A DNA stretch of 20,000 bases from an uncultured virus (IMG/VR IMGVR_UViG_3300032722_000013) (Duplodnaviria > Heunggongvirae > Uroviricota > Caudoviricetes). The notes under the pieces were generated by a model. It was not told the DNA's origin. It saw nothing but the letters and a program-made list of their open reading frames with translations, and did no database searches. The stretch is taken from IMG/VR virus record IMGVR_UViG_3300032722_000013. One strand, 5' to 3'. Positions 1-8,418 of this stretch are shown piece after piece (position 1 is the first letter of the stretch; every line of letters begins with the position of its first letter). The position numbers and the translations under genes are program-made.

Positions 1-2
1 TC

Positions 3-377
3 AATGGGCTAGAAGAGCGGATCGAGTTCTGGCGTGGGATGGCGAAACGTTCTGCTGACATCATCACTGAGCGTCTCGAGATCGCGCTCGAGAACCACAA
101 GACTGTCTACGTCATGACACACGTGCCGCCTTGGAAGGAAGCAACAAGGGCTGTCGGTACGTTGTTCGAGGACTACTGGCTCCCGTACAACACAAATGTC
201 GTGTTGGGTCAGGCAATAGAACGCGTGATGACAGGTCGCAAGAAAAAGAAGGTCGTCGTGCTGGCGGGTCACACTCACACGCCGTGTCACATCCGCGTGT
301 CTAGGTCGATAGAGTGCATGGTCGCACGGGCTAGCTACTGGGGAAGCGTCAAGCCGGAACTGACGATCATCGTCTGA
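3..377 (+). CDS. Calcineurin-like metallophosphoesterase, C-terminal part (5' truncated by the window)
   Basis: Frame is open from nt 3. Motifs MTHVPPW and VLAGHTH match THFPPF and LCGHTH of the 3316..4146 paralog. Confidence 0.75.
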   Translation, partial: NGLEERIEFWRGMAKRSADIITERLEIALENHKTVYVMTHVPPWKEATRAVGTLFEDYWLPYNTNVVLGQAIERVMTGRKKKKVVVLAGHTHTPCHIRVSRSIECMVARASYWGSVKPELTIIV

Positions 378-379
378 CA

Positions 380-409
380 GTGTAAATCGTCCGCCTCTTG
401 TGTTAGGAT
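380..409 (+). promoter_or_regulatory. Putative sigma70-like promoter TGTAAA-N17-TAGGAT
   Basis: Same architecture recurs at 4919, 7167, 11020, 12547 and 18272. An ATG (417) follows 7 nt after the -10 box. Confidence 0.65.
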
Positions 410-416
410 GGTGTAC

Positions 417-719
417 ATGAGTGGTCGTGGTGCCATCAGTGTCGAAATTTTCGAGCGTTTGCTCGTCGAAGACGAAAGTCCTGAGCAACACGTACTGATT
501 CCAGGTGCGCTCTTCTACGCCGTTCGTGACAAGAATGGTCACTACTATCGAACATACAGGCGACTCAGTCGCCGGGCGGGATGGGAACGTGACTATCGGA
601 ACGCGAGCGTGTACACGAGGTCCGGACCGGCACGTTCCCTCGTTACAAGGTTGAAGAAGTCGGGTGTGGAAGCTTTGCTCGTTGAGTTTGTTGTCAATGA
701 GATCAGGACGCTGGTGTGA
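417..719 (+). CDS. Hypothetical phage protein
   Basis: ORF fills the gap between genes. ATG 417 chosen because 408 lies inside the -10 box. Confidence 0.6.
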   Translation: MSGRGAISVEIFERLLVEDESPEQHVLIPGALFYAVRDKNGHYYRTYRRLSRRAGWERDYRNASVYTRSGPARSLVTRLKKSGVEALLVEFVVNEIRTLV

Positions 720-732
720 GGAAAGGATCGCG

Positions 733-1737
733 ATGAGGACCATCTATGTCATGAAGGGACTTCCGGGCTGTGGTAAGTCAACGTTCGCTGCGGAGCTCAT
801 CAAGCGTGAGCCTGGTCGTTGGATCCGGATCAACCGTGACGACCTGCGTGGCATGGCTGTGGGCCCGGGCAACAACCCGCACGATCGTCAGTACGGGAAG
901 GATCGCGAGGACCTGATTCGTACGTTCAAGGAAGATGCGACGCGCCAGGCGATCCGTGCAGGGTATGATGTCATCTTGGACGACACACACCTCGTGCCAC
1001 AGACCGTGAAGAAGATTCACACGCTCGCTATGTCTATCGGGGACGTCAATGTCCTAGAGAAGGCATTCAACGTCAGCGTCGCAGACTGCGTCGCTCGTGA
1101 CGAGAAGCGAACCGGGTTCGCACGAGTCGGCGAGAAGGTCATCAAGGACATGGCCCGCGGCGCCGGGCTTGACAAGGGTCGCAAGCTTCAGGACAAGGAG
1201 ACATACTACGAACCCCGCGCAAACTCGTTTCAGGCCGTCGTCCAGGACAGCAATCTGCCCAAGGCGATCATGTGCGACCTGGACGGTACACTTGCGATCA
1301 TCGGCAATCGCACGCCATACGACGCGACCAACTGCGATGAGATCGACCTGCCAAACTTGCCTGTCATCGCCGCTGTCATGGCGATGCATGCCCAAGGCGT
1401 GAAGGTGATCTTCATGTCCGGTCGTGATGTCAAGTATCGACCCGAGACTGAACGCTTCATCGAGCGGTACTGTCGCGTTTCGAATCCCAACTTCACGAAG
1501 GACGTGATGGAGACGACGGAAACGAAGTCCATTCCGTACGAGCTTCACATGCGCGGTGAACTGGACCTGACAGTGACTGACCAGCGCAAGGACGCCATCA
1601 TCAAGAGTGAGCTTTTCAATGCTCACGTCGCCGGCAAGTACAACGTGTTGTTCGTTCTTGACGATCGCAATCAGGTCGTCGACTTTTGGCGGGAGATCGG
1701 CCTGACTTGCTTCCAGGTGAACCCCGGTGCGTTCTAG
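733..1737 (+). CDS. pseT: Bifunctional 5'-polynucleotide kinase / 3'-phosphatase (T4 PseT-like)
   Basis: N-terminal P-loop GLPGCGKST and RINRDDLR. C-terminal HAD motifs DLDGT, FMSGR and LDDRNQVV. SD AAGGA precedes ATG 733. Confidence 0.92.
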   Translation: MRTIYVMKGLPGCGKSTFAAELIKREPGRWIRINRDDLRGMAVGPGNNPHDRQYGKDREDLIRTFKEDATRQAIRAGYDVILDDTHLVPQTVKKIHTLAMSIGDVNVLEKAFNVSVADCVARDEKRTGFARVGEKVIKDMARGAGLDKGRKLQDKETYYEPRANSFQAVVQDSNLPKAIMCDLDGTLAIIGNRTPYDATNCDEIDLPNLPVIAAVMAMHAQGVKVIFMSGRDVKYRPETERFIERYCRVSNPNFTKDVMETTETKSIPYELHMRGELDLTVTDQRKDAIIKSELFNAHVAGKYNVLFVLDDRNQVVDFWREIGLTCFQVNPGAF

Positions 1738-1741
1738 CACG

Positions 1742-1969
1742 ATGAGCCCGGACAATCGAAAGCGCGTTCAAGATGCTGTTGCAACTGCTGGAGACGAGTT
1801 GAAGGGTAAGCTTCCACCTTTGCCTGATCACCCTGACCGCAACTCCTATGCTCACGTCTGGCGAGAGATCAAGCAGAAGTTCAACGTTGCGTCGTACAAG
1901 GAGTGCGATGACTCTCAGGTCGAGGACATCCTTGTGCTGGTCGAGGAATTGAGATTGAATCCGAGATGA
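1742..1969 (+). CDS. Small hypothetical protein, weak resemblance to ORF6C-type domain
   Basis: YAHVWREIKQKFNVASYKE pattern. Stop overlaps the next ATG (ATGA). Confidence 0.55.
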   Translation: MSPDNRKRVQDAVATAGDELKGKLPPLPDHPDRNSYAHVWREIKQKFNVASYKECDDSQVEDILVLVEELRLNPR

Positions 1970-2772
1970 ATGACATTCGAAAGTACCCACGCACAAGACA
2001 CGTGAGAGGTTCGCGCTTCCAACACGGAGACGATGACCTCGAGGCTGTTCCATGGGACGATCTCAAGGGGAAGTATCTCGTGGTCGAGGAGAAGGTCGAC
2101 GGCGCAAATTGCGGCATCTCTTTCTCTTCTGAGGGGGACCTGTTACTTCAGTCAAGGGGTCACTACCTTCGAGGAGGCCCACGAGAAAAACATTTCAACC
2201 TTCTGAAGCAGTGGTCAGCGGCCAAAATGGACGAATTGTTTGACCTGCTGACCGATCGGTACGTACTGTACGGTGAATGGATGTACGCAAAGCACACGTG
2301 CTTCTACGATGCATTGCCGCATTACTTCATGGAGTTTGACGTGCTCGATACGAAGGGGAATGTCTTCCTGAGCACTGAAGCTCGACGAAAGCTGCTCAAT
2401 CACTCGAGTGAGGGTTGGTCTGTCGTGTGCCCAGTCCGTGTCATCACGGAAGGAGTGTTCGAGAATCTGACTGAGCTTGAAACGCTGAACACACGTTCTG
2501 CATTCATCACAGATGATAGGCTTGCGAACCTGACCGCTGCCGCGATCGATGCAGGCGTTCTGCCCATTGATGCGATCAAGCACACCGACATGGACGAACG
2601 TATGGAGGGCCTCTACATCAAGTGGGAGGAGGACGGGGTGATCAAGGGACGTTACAAGTACGTGCGTTCCTCATTCACTAGTTCAATCCTGGATCAGGAA
2701 ACACACTGGCACGATCGCCCAATCGTGCAGAACAAGCTATCACCGGGCGCTTTTGAGAGGATGCTAACGTAA
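1966..2772 (+). CDS. ATP-dependent RNA ligase family protein
   Basis: KYPRTRH N-terminus, motif I EEKVDGAN, motif III LYGEW, IIIa FMEFDV, IV EGLYIK and V RYKYV. Adjacent to a Pnk gene. Confidence 0.88.
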   Translation: MNDIRKYPRTRHVRGSRFQHGDDDLEAVPWDDLKGKYLVVEEKVDGANCGISFSSEGDLLLQSRGHYLRGGPREKHFNLLKQWSAAKMDELFDLLTDRYVLYGEWMYAKHTCFYDALPHYFMEFDVLDTKGNVFLSTEARRKLLNHSSEGWSVVCPVRVITEGVFENLTELETLNTRSAFITDDRLANLTAAAIDAGVLPIDAIKHTDMDERMEGLYIKWEEDGVIKGRYKYVRSSFTSSILDQETHWHDRPIVQNKLSPGAFERMLT

Positions 2773-3308
2773 TGGAAGGGCAGCACCACGTCAGTCACAT
2801 CGCAGCGTTCATTGGCGCACGTTTGCAGCATCCACGTCCGAGCATGAACGGAAAGAACTCTCGTGTGTCGACGATCAAGGTCGATCAGTATAAGGACAAG
2901 TTCAACTACGTGCGCATCTACTGCACGTTGGCAGACGACGAAGAGGTCAAATCTTGCTGGCAGGAACAGAACGGCGATGAGAATCTGGCACTCACGAAGG
3001 AGATGTTCAAAGCACGGTGCCTCAGGAACGATGCTCGACACTACCGCAGGTGCTACATGGACATGGTCGAGATCATTCCACATCTTCGTGCAAGGATCTG
3101 TGCTCAAGCAGACTACGCTGAACTTTTGTACGGAACATACGATGAGGTGTGCGCTCGGATCGATGAGATCGAATCACTTTCAAAGGTTGCATCCAGTCCC
3201 ACCAAAATTGATAGTGTAAGGCGTCGGTACGGCTGTGCCACGAACGACGAACTGAAATCGTTCATGAGCGACATTTACCTAAGCTATGACTTCAATCACG
3301 GAGTATGA
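2772..3308 (+). CDS. Hypothetical phage protein
   Basis: Start overlaps the upstream stop (TAATG). Contains QYKDKFNYVRIY, similar to a 'QxKEKFGxLRxY' pattern seen in phage hypotheticals. Confidence 0.65.
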   Translation: MEGQHHVSHIAAFIGARLQHPRPSMNGKNSRVSTIKVDQYKDKFNYVRIYCTLADDEEVKSCWQEQNGDENLALTKEMFKARCLRNDARHYRRCYMDMVEIIPHLRARICAQADYAELLYGTYDEVCARIDEIESLSKVASSPTKIDSVRRRYGCATNDELKSFMSDIYLSYDFNHGV

Positions 3309-3315
3309 TAGGGCC

Positions 3316-4146
3316 ATGGCAAAGTACGTTTGGGCAACAGACATTCACCTCGACCTTCTTGGGGAAGACAATCAACGCTTGATCCAGTTTGGAGAGTCTC
3401 TGGTGAGAACGAATCCCACAGGAATCTTTCTCACGGGTGACATTTCGACAGCGAGGAAGCTTGTCTATCACCTGTCAGCTCTCGACAGGATCGCAAAGCG
3501 CCCTATCTTCTTCGTGCTGGGCAATCACGATTACTGGGACGCTGACACGACGCAGGTCAGGAAGGCGATGAAGGAACTGACGAATGTCAGCCCGTTCCTG
3601 CGCTACATGCCCACAATGCTTTACCAGGCGATCACGCCGTCGACCGCAGTCGTGGGGCATGATTGTTGGTACGACGCCGGTGCTGGGAACTGGCAGAACA
3701 GCAACATGGTGTTACAGGACTGGAAGCGAATGGGCGATTACGTCCAGGTGAACAAGAACAAGGCGACGATCGTAGCAACTTCCAGGAAGCTAGCTCATGA
3801 AGGTGTTCAGCACATTCACAACGGCATCAAGGCCGCGGCGAGGTATCACAAGAACATCATCGTTTTGACGCACTTTCCTCCGTTCGCACAGTCACACGTA
3901 CATGAGGGACATGCAGGGAGCGTTGATGCCATGCCCTGGTACGTCAATCACATGATGGGACAGATGCTCATGGACGCATCGAAGGCGTTTGATGGTCAGG
4001 ACGGACGTCCCAAGGTTCACTTCAACGTTCTCTGTGGGCACACCCACGGTACATTCAATGGGAACATCACGCCCAATCTTGAAGTGCACGTCGGCGGAGC
4101 TGAGTACGGCGCCCCGGGCGTAGCAGGCATCATCGAAATCGCATGA
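3316..4146 (+). CDS. Calcineurin-like metallophosphoesterase
   Basis: Complete motif set TDIH, TGDIS, LGNHD, THFPP and GHTH. An alternative start at 3286 is possible. Confidence 0.9.
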   Translation: MAKYVWATDIHLDLLGEDNQRLIQFGESLVRTNPTGIFLTGDISTARKLVYHLSALDRIAKRPIFFVLGNHDYWDADTTQVRKAMKELTNVSPFLRYMPTMLYQAITPSTAVVGHDCWYDAGAGNWQNSNMVLQDWKRMGDYVQVNKNKATIVATSRKLAHEGVQHIHNGIKAAARYHKNIIVLTHFPPFAQSHVHEGHAGSVDAMPWYVNHMMGQMLMDASKAFDGQDGRPKVHFNVLCGHTHGTFNGNITPNLEVHVGGAEYGAPGVAGIIEIA

Positions 4147-4934
4147 GAGTCGAGCGGATTGGGTCGAGCTACGCAATTTGTGCTGATTGTACGCTAAAGT
4201 CAACTTTGGACCTGGTCAAAGAATTGACGGGTGAAGTTCCTTTGATATTGTGCGACCCTCCATATGGCAAGATTCTTCCTGACGGATGGGATCACGAGAT
4301 TGAGGACGAGTCTGAGTTCGTGAAGTGGATGCTTGATTGGACACAGAGCTGGTCAGAGCTACTGCTTCCGAACGCTGCATTTTACGTGTGGGGAGGCATT
4401 GGGACTCCGGGTTTCAGGCCCTTCTTCAGGTACATACCTGAGGTCGAGACCGGTGAACATGTTGCCGGAATGACACTAGCAAATCTGATCACGTGGAAGA
4501 AGAAACGTGCGTACGGCGTTCAACACAACTACCTCTTCACTCGTGAGGAGCTCGCGTACTTCATCAAGGGTGATAACATCAAGAAGCCACGATGCTTCAA
4601 CGTGCCGTTGCTTGACGAGAAGCGTGGGTACGCAGGTTATGATGAAAAGTACCCCGCGAAGAGCGAGTTCTACCGCAGGACGAACGTGTGGACGGACGTT
4701 ACTGAGGTCATGCAGAAGAAAGTTCACAGTGCACAGAAAGCGCAGCGCGTGATCGAGGTCCCCATTGAGGTTCACACAGTACCGGGTGAGTTCGTGATCG
4801 ATCCATTTGCAGGATCGGGCACGACAGGTATAGCTGCGATGAAACTCGGTCGGCGGTTCGTGTGCATCGAACGTGATGAACAAGAATTCAACAAGATGTT
4901 ATTGCGTTTGCGTGCAGGTGTAAAGCAACCCTAG
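4143..4934 (+). CDS. DNA N4-cytosine/N6-adenine methyltransferase (beta-class order)
   Basis: Catalytic DPPY near the N-terminus, HSAQK, and SAM-binding DPFAGSGTT near the C-terminus. Confidence 0.9.
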   Translation: MRVERIGSSYAICADCTLKSTLDLVKELTGEVPLILCDPPYGKILPDGWDHEIEDESEFVKWMLDWTQSWSELLLPNAAFYVWGGIGTPGFRPFFRYIPEVETGEHVAGMTLANLITWKKKRAYGVQHNYLFTREELAYFIKGDNIKKPRCFNVPLLDEKRGYAGYDEKYPAKSEFYRRTNVWTDVTEVMQKKVHSAQKAQRVIEVPIEVHTVPGEFVIDPFAGSGTTGIAAMKLGRRFVCIERDEQEFNKMLLRLRAGVKQP

Positions 4935-4947
4935 CGTGTGGTAGTGT
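4918..4947 (+). promoter_or_regulatory. Putative promoter TGTAAA-N17-TAGTGT
   Basis: Matches the recurring motif. GTG 4954 follows 6 nt after the -10 box. Confidence 0.55.
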
Positions 4948-4953
4948 TGGTAG

Positions 4954-5358
4954 GTGAGCAACATCATCTTCAAATCACGAACGAAAGGCATGACCACAAT
5001 GCACGAAGCAGTCAAGCAGTCACTCATCGGAAATGAACCTTCTGAGAAGAAGGAGAATCCCCTCGAACTCGCTCGACAGATTCACTTCTACACGCGTACG
5101 CAACACAGTGCAAAGGATCGCCATGAGCGATTGCTCGATCTCATGCAGCGCCGCAGCGCCAAGAAGTGGATCCCAAAGAAGAAGCAGAAGATGGTCCGAC
5201 GATTGCAGAGCACGTCCCAAATCCTGGAACAGTGCGACAGTGCACTCGATCAGTTGACTACGCGGCTGCAGCAGCTCATGCAGGAAGCGCAGACCGCGAG
5301 GCAGGCTGTCGAGGCCGGCCTCAAGCTCATTGCAGAACCTCCCACGACAACGGGATGA
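4954..5358 (+). CDS. Hypothetical coiled-coil protein
   Basis: Heptad-like Q/L-rich C-terminal half. Stop overlaps the ATG of the next gene. Start could be ATG 4990. Confidence 0.65.
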   Translation: MSNIIFKSRTKGMTTMHEAVKQSLIGNEPSEKKENPLELARQIHFYTRTQHSAKDRHERLLDLMQRRSAKKWIPKKKQKMVRRLQSTSQILEQCDSALDQLTTRLQQLMQEAQTARQAVEAGLKLIAEPPTTTG

Positions 5359-6134
5359 ATGCCGTCCACCATCGGGAGGCAATGAGCCTCCTCCTCGACA
5401 CGCCCGACGACAGCGTAGACCTGATCTATGTTGATCCTCCTTTCGGCACCGGTGCAAGGCAGTCCCTTCACGGAATGTCGTACGAAGATGACGAGGAGGA
5501 CTACGAGGAATGGTTGTTCGTCCACGTGTCGAGGATGTGGCACGTGCTCAAGCAAACGGGCACGTTATACCTTCACCTTGATTGGCGAGAGATTTGTTCC
5601 GCTCGCCACGCCTGCAATTACAAGTTTGGCAAAGAGAACTTCCTCGGAGAGATCATCTGGAGTTACAACTACGGTGGCCGCGGGAAGCACTTCTTCGCTG
5701 CAAAACACGACAACATCCTTGCTTTTGCGAAGAAAAAAGGCGATCATGTCTTCAACTACGATGACGTAGATCGCATCCCGTACAAGGCGCCTGAGATGCA
5801 GTACGTGGGTCGCACGAAGGAAGAGGCTGAGAAGCGTATCGCTCGCGGGCAAGTGCCGACTGACGTGTGGGACCTTAGCATTGTCGGCACGAACTCGAAG
5901 GAGCGCACAGGGTATCCGACCCAGAAGCCTCTGAAGCTCGTTGAGCGCATCGTGGTCGCTAGCTCACCGCCAGGAGGCACGGTGCTCGATGTCTTCGCAG
6001 GGTCGGGGACGACAGGAATGGCAGCTCACAAGCACGGGAGGAATTTCATCCTCTCTGACACGAACCCACAGGCGATTGCTGTCATGCAGGAGCGGTTCAA
6101 AGGCATCGAAGTCGACTGGCACGTCGATAGTTAG
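5355..6134 (+). CDS. DNA N4/N6 methyltransferase (beta-class order)
   Basis: SVDLIYVDPPF, GYPTQKP and LDVFAGSGTT. Start at ATG 5355 via ATGA overlap, not at 5166. Confidence 0.92.
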   Translation: MNAVHHREAMSLLLDTPDDSVDLIYVDPPFGTGARQSLHGMSYEDDEEDYEEWLFVHVSRMWHVLKQTGTLYLHLDWREICSARHACNYKFGKENFLGEIIWSYNYGGRGKHFFAAKHDNILAFAKKKGDHVFNYDDVDRIPYKAPEMQYVGRTKEEAEKRIARGQVPTDVWDLSIVGTNSKERTGYPTQKPLKLVERIVVASSPPGGTVLDVFAGSGTTGMAAHKHGRNFILSDTNPQAIAVMQERFKGIEVDWHVDS

Positions 6135-6136
6135 AC

Positions 6137-7093
6137 ATGATGTACATCGCACCCAAGAGACTACGCGCCGGATCGCGGGTCGCCATCATCGCGCCAGCAT
6201 CACCATTCAAGACAGACGAGCTCGTCGCAGGCCTTGACATCATCAAGGCGGCTCAGTTAGAACCTGTCTTGGGACCCAACGTCAGGAACATGAGATCTTC
6301 AGACATCCAGTCCGCCCCAGTCGTTGACAGGGCCGAGGAACTGATGTGGGCATTCACTGATCCTGACATCGACGGAATCATCACGGTTACCGGTGGATTG
6401 GGTTCAGGTGGAACGTTACCGTACCTCGACTTTGGCAGGATCCGCGAATCTCGACGCGTCATCATTGGGATCAGTGACATCTCAGCCCTCAACAACGGTA
6501 TCCTCGCAGGATCAGGGTTGATCAACATTAACGGACAGTACCCATCGATCCGCCTTGACAAGGGTACACGCATCCGTGAAGCCGACAGTGAATCGATGAA
6601 GTTCACGCTTGAGATGCTCATGAGCTCGAGCGAATGGGCTGACAGACCCTTCGAGATAAATCAGTACCTGCCCAGGACAGTGTCTTCAGGCAAGGCTTCG
6701 GGTCATGTTGTCGGAGGAAACCTCGACACGTTTTGCACGCTACTTGGGACGCCTTTCATGCCCGATGTAGAGGGCGCAATCCTGTTCATCGAGGACGTTC
6801 ACAAGAGTGGCGAGACGATCGCAAGGGAGTTGCTTCACCTGAAGTTGGCCGGCGTTCTCGATCAGGTCGCAGGAATCGTCATCGGTGAGTTCGTTGATGT
6901 ACCCAAGAAGGACGAGGAACGCGTCCCCGCAATCGAGGACGTCCTCGAGGAGTACATGTCTGAAGGCGTGCCCTGCAGCTACGGGTACAGCTTCAGTCAC
7001 GGGCCCTTCACCATCCCGATCCCAATCGGTGCTCAGTGTGACATGGATGCGGACACAGGTATGGTCTCCTTCCGTTTCACGATGGCTCCCTGA
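6137..7093 (+). CDS. ldcA: LD-carboxypeptidase, peptidase family S66 (LdcA/MccF-like)
   Basis: IIAPAS N-terminus, GISDIS (Ser nucleophile), GGNL, LFIEDV (Glu), FSHG (His) and IPIG. Confidence 0.88.
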   Translation: MMYIAPKRLRAGSRVAIIAPASPFKTDELVAGLDIIKAAQLEPVLGPNVRNMRSSDIQSAPVVDRAEELMWAFTDPDIDGIITVTGGLGSGGTLPYLDFGRIRESRRVIIGISDISALNNGILAGSGLININGQYPSIRLDKGTRIREADSESMKFTLEMLMSSSEWADRPFEINQYLPRTVSSGKASGHVVGGNLDTFCTLLGTPFMPDVEGAILFIEDVHKSGETIARELLHLKLAGVLDQVAGIVIGEFVDVPKKDEERVPAIEDVLEEYMSEGVPCSYGYSFSHGPFTIPIPIGAQCDMDADTGMVSFRFTMAP

Positions 7094-7165
7094 ATAATCG
7101 GGGGCACGTATTTGGTTGTCCTATACACGTGCAGGGTCAATTATTGATGGTACAGGCACGGATGG

Positions 7166-7195
7166 GTGCAAATGTGCCATCTGATGAGATAGATT
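7166..7195 (+). promoter_or_regulatory. Putative promoter TGCAAA-N17-TAGATT
   Basis: Recurring motif upstream of the HNH gene. The -35 box lies within an inverted repeat (7146-7181). Confidence 0.55.
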
Positions 7196-7214
7196 CTAAC
7201 ACAGAGGCCGTCAA

Positions 7215-7748
7215 GTGAAGCGTGCTCTTCTTCTCAATTCTGACTACACCCCTTTGCACTTCCTGAGTGACGAGGACGCGATCATCCTGTTCTACAAGGG
7301 ACGGGCGGAGGTCGTTGCATCGTTTTCGACTGGTATGCCGTCACAGTGGGACGAGGTGTACAACTCACCGTCTACTGCAATTCATGTGCCTGCTACGATG
7401 AGGCTCAAGAAGTACGTCCACAAGAAGTGGAAGCCGCCGCGGTTTCGCAAGAAGGTGCTCTTCAATCGTGATGGTTGGAGATGTCAGTACTGCGGGACGA
7501 AGCTCAATGCTCACACGGTCGAGGTGGAACACGTGATGCCTCGCTCTCGAGGTGGTCCGACCTCGTGGTTGAACTGTGTCACTGCATGCAAGGCCTGTAA
7601 CAAGCGCAAGCTAAACATGACTCCTGAGGAGGCAGGTATGCCTCTTCTCAAGAAGCCTGCGAATCCTACGCCCCTTCATTTCTGGGACGCTGCAAGAAGT
7701 GAGGCTTGGCATCCCGATTGGGAGCAGTACTTGCAAATCAAAGGTTGA
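7215..7748 (+). CDS. HNH endonuclease (McrA-like family)
   Basis: ALLLNSDYTPL N-terminus, RDGWRCQYCG and EHVMPRSRGG..SWLNCVTACKACNKRK. SD GAGG precedes the GTG. Confidence 0.9.
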   Translation: MKRALLLNSDYTPLHFLSDEDAIILFYKGRAEVVASFSTGMPSQWDEVYNSPSTAIHVPATMRLKKYVHKKWKPPRFRKKVLFNRDGWRCQYCGTKLNAHTVEVEHVMPRSRGGPTSWLNCVTACKACNKRKLNMTPEEAGMPLLKKPANPTPLHFWDAARSEAWHPDWEQYLQIKG

Positions 7749-7755
7749 ACGCCGA

Positions 7756-7763
7756 ATACATAC
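7756..7763 (+). promoter_or_regulatory. Putative late promoter element ATACATAC
   Basis: Variant of ATACTTAC (also at 8392 + and 10995-11002 -). Lies 4 nt before ATG 7768. Confidence 0.5.
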
Positions 7764-7767
7764 AAGC

Positions 7768-8154
7768 ATGAGAACGACTATCGGCGAGTTGCGTGTGCTT
7801 GTGAGGAAGGTGCTTCTGGAGATGAGTGGACCTCGAGGCAAGCTACGCCCTTCGAAGGGTGGCCGGCAGTACAAGATCGGAAAGGTTGAGGACGAGAACA
7901 GGGAACTTTCCTCTGTTGAAGCTGAGCACATGTTCCCTGACTCGACAGAGGCGTGGGCTGAGATCGCGCCGGGCTTGTACCCAGAATTCCCATACGATCC
8001 TGATTCTCGGACAGTCAAGCGCAAGACAACCTGGTTCATGATCGGAAATGAACTTCAGGCAATGATCCAAGACGTTCCGGACGCAGAGCCGATGAAGTGG
8101 GATCCGCAGAGGATGGACTGGTTCCCTATCGATGATCTTGCATCACCGGTGTGA
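7768..8154 (+). CDS. Hypothetical protein, probable virion/internal head protein
   Basis: N-terminus MRTTIGELRVLVRKVLLE shares a pattern with neighbouring genes. Preceded by the late-type motif. Confidence 0.65.
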   Translation: MRTTIGELRVLVRKVLLEMSGPRGKLRPSKGGRQYKIGKVEDENRELSSVEAEHMFPDSTEAWAEIAPGLYPEFPYDPDSRTVKRKTTWFMIGNELQAMIQDVPDAEPMKWDPQRMDWFPIDDLASPV

Positions 8155-8162
8155 GGTCATGC

Positions 8163-8387
8163 GTGAGGATCAGCGTCGGAGAACTGCGTCTCCTCATCCG
8201 CGAGGCTATCGACTGCTGGGGAGGCACTCGTCCTGAAGAAACGTATGACGAGGTTCTCGCAAATGATCCTACTTTCCTCAAGAGAAGCGTCCTGGTACCA
8301 GACGACATCAAAAACACGATTGTCGTGTGGATGCAGCTGATGGGTCTATCGCGCCCGATCAACAAGCCGACGTCATGGCCTCGCTGA
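8163..8387 (+). CDS. Small hypothetical protein, probable virion protein
   Basis: GTG 8163 follows SD GAGGT. N-terminus MRISVGELRLLIREA resembles that of the previous gene. Confidence 0.6.
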   Translation: MRISVGELRLLIREAIDCWGGTRPEETYDEVLANDPTFLKRSVLVPDDIKNTIVVWMQLMGLSRPINKPTSWPR

Positions 8388-8391
8388 TGCC

Positions 8392-8399
8392 ATACTTAC
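8392..8399 (+). promoter_or_regulatory. Putative late promoter element ATACTTAC
   Basis: Intergenic, upstream of SD AGGAG and ATG 8419. Confidence 0.55.
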
Positions 8400-8418
8400 G
8401 TCTCAGGAGTTTCATGCA

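Noticed and set aside
9..1755. Long minus-strand ORFs (9..743, 1054..1755 and similar ones elsewhere)
   Set aside because: They lie antisense to well-supported genes, have no recognisable motifs, and are expected shadows of biased codon usage.
5166..5354. Extended ORF-track starts (664, 5166, 7699, 10959, 11074 on minus, 17286)
   Set aside because: They overlap upstream genes or promoters. Downstream starts fit SD/promoter spacing and domain boundaries better.
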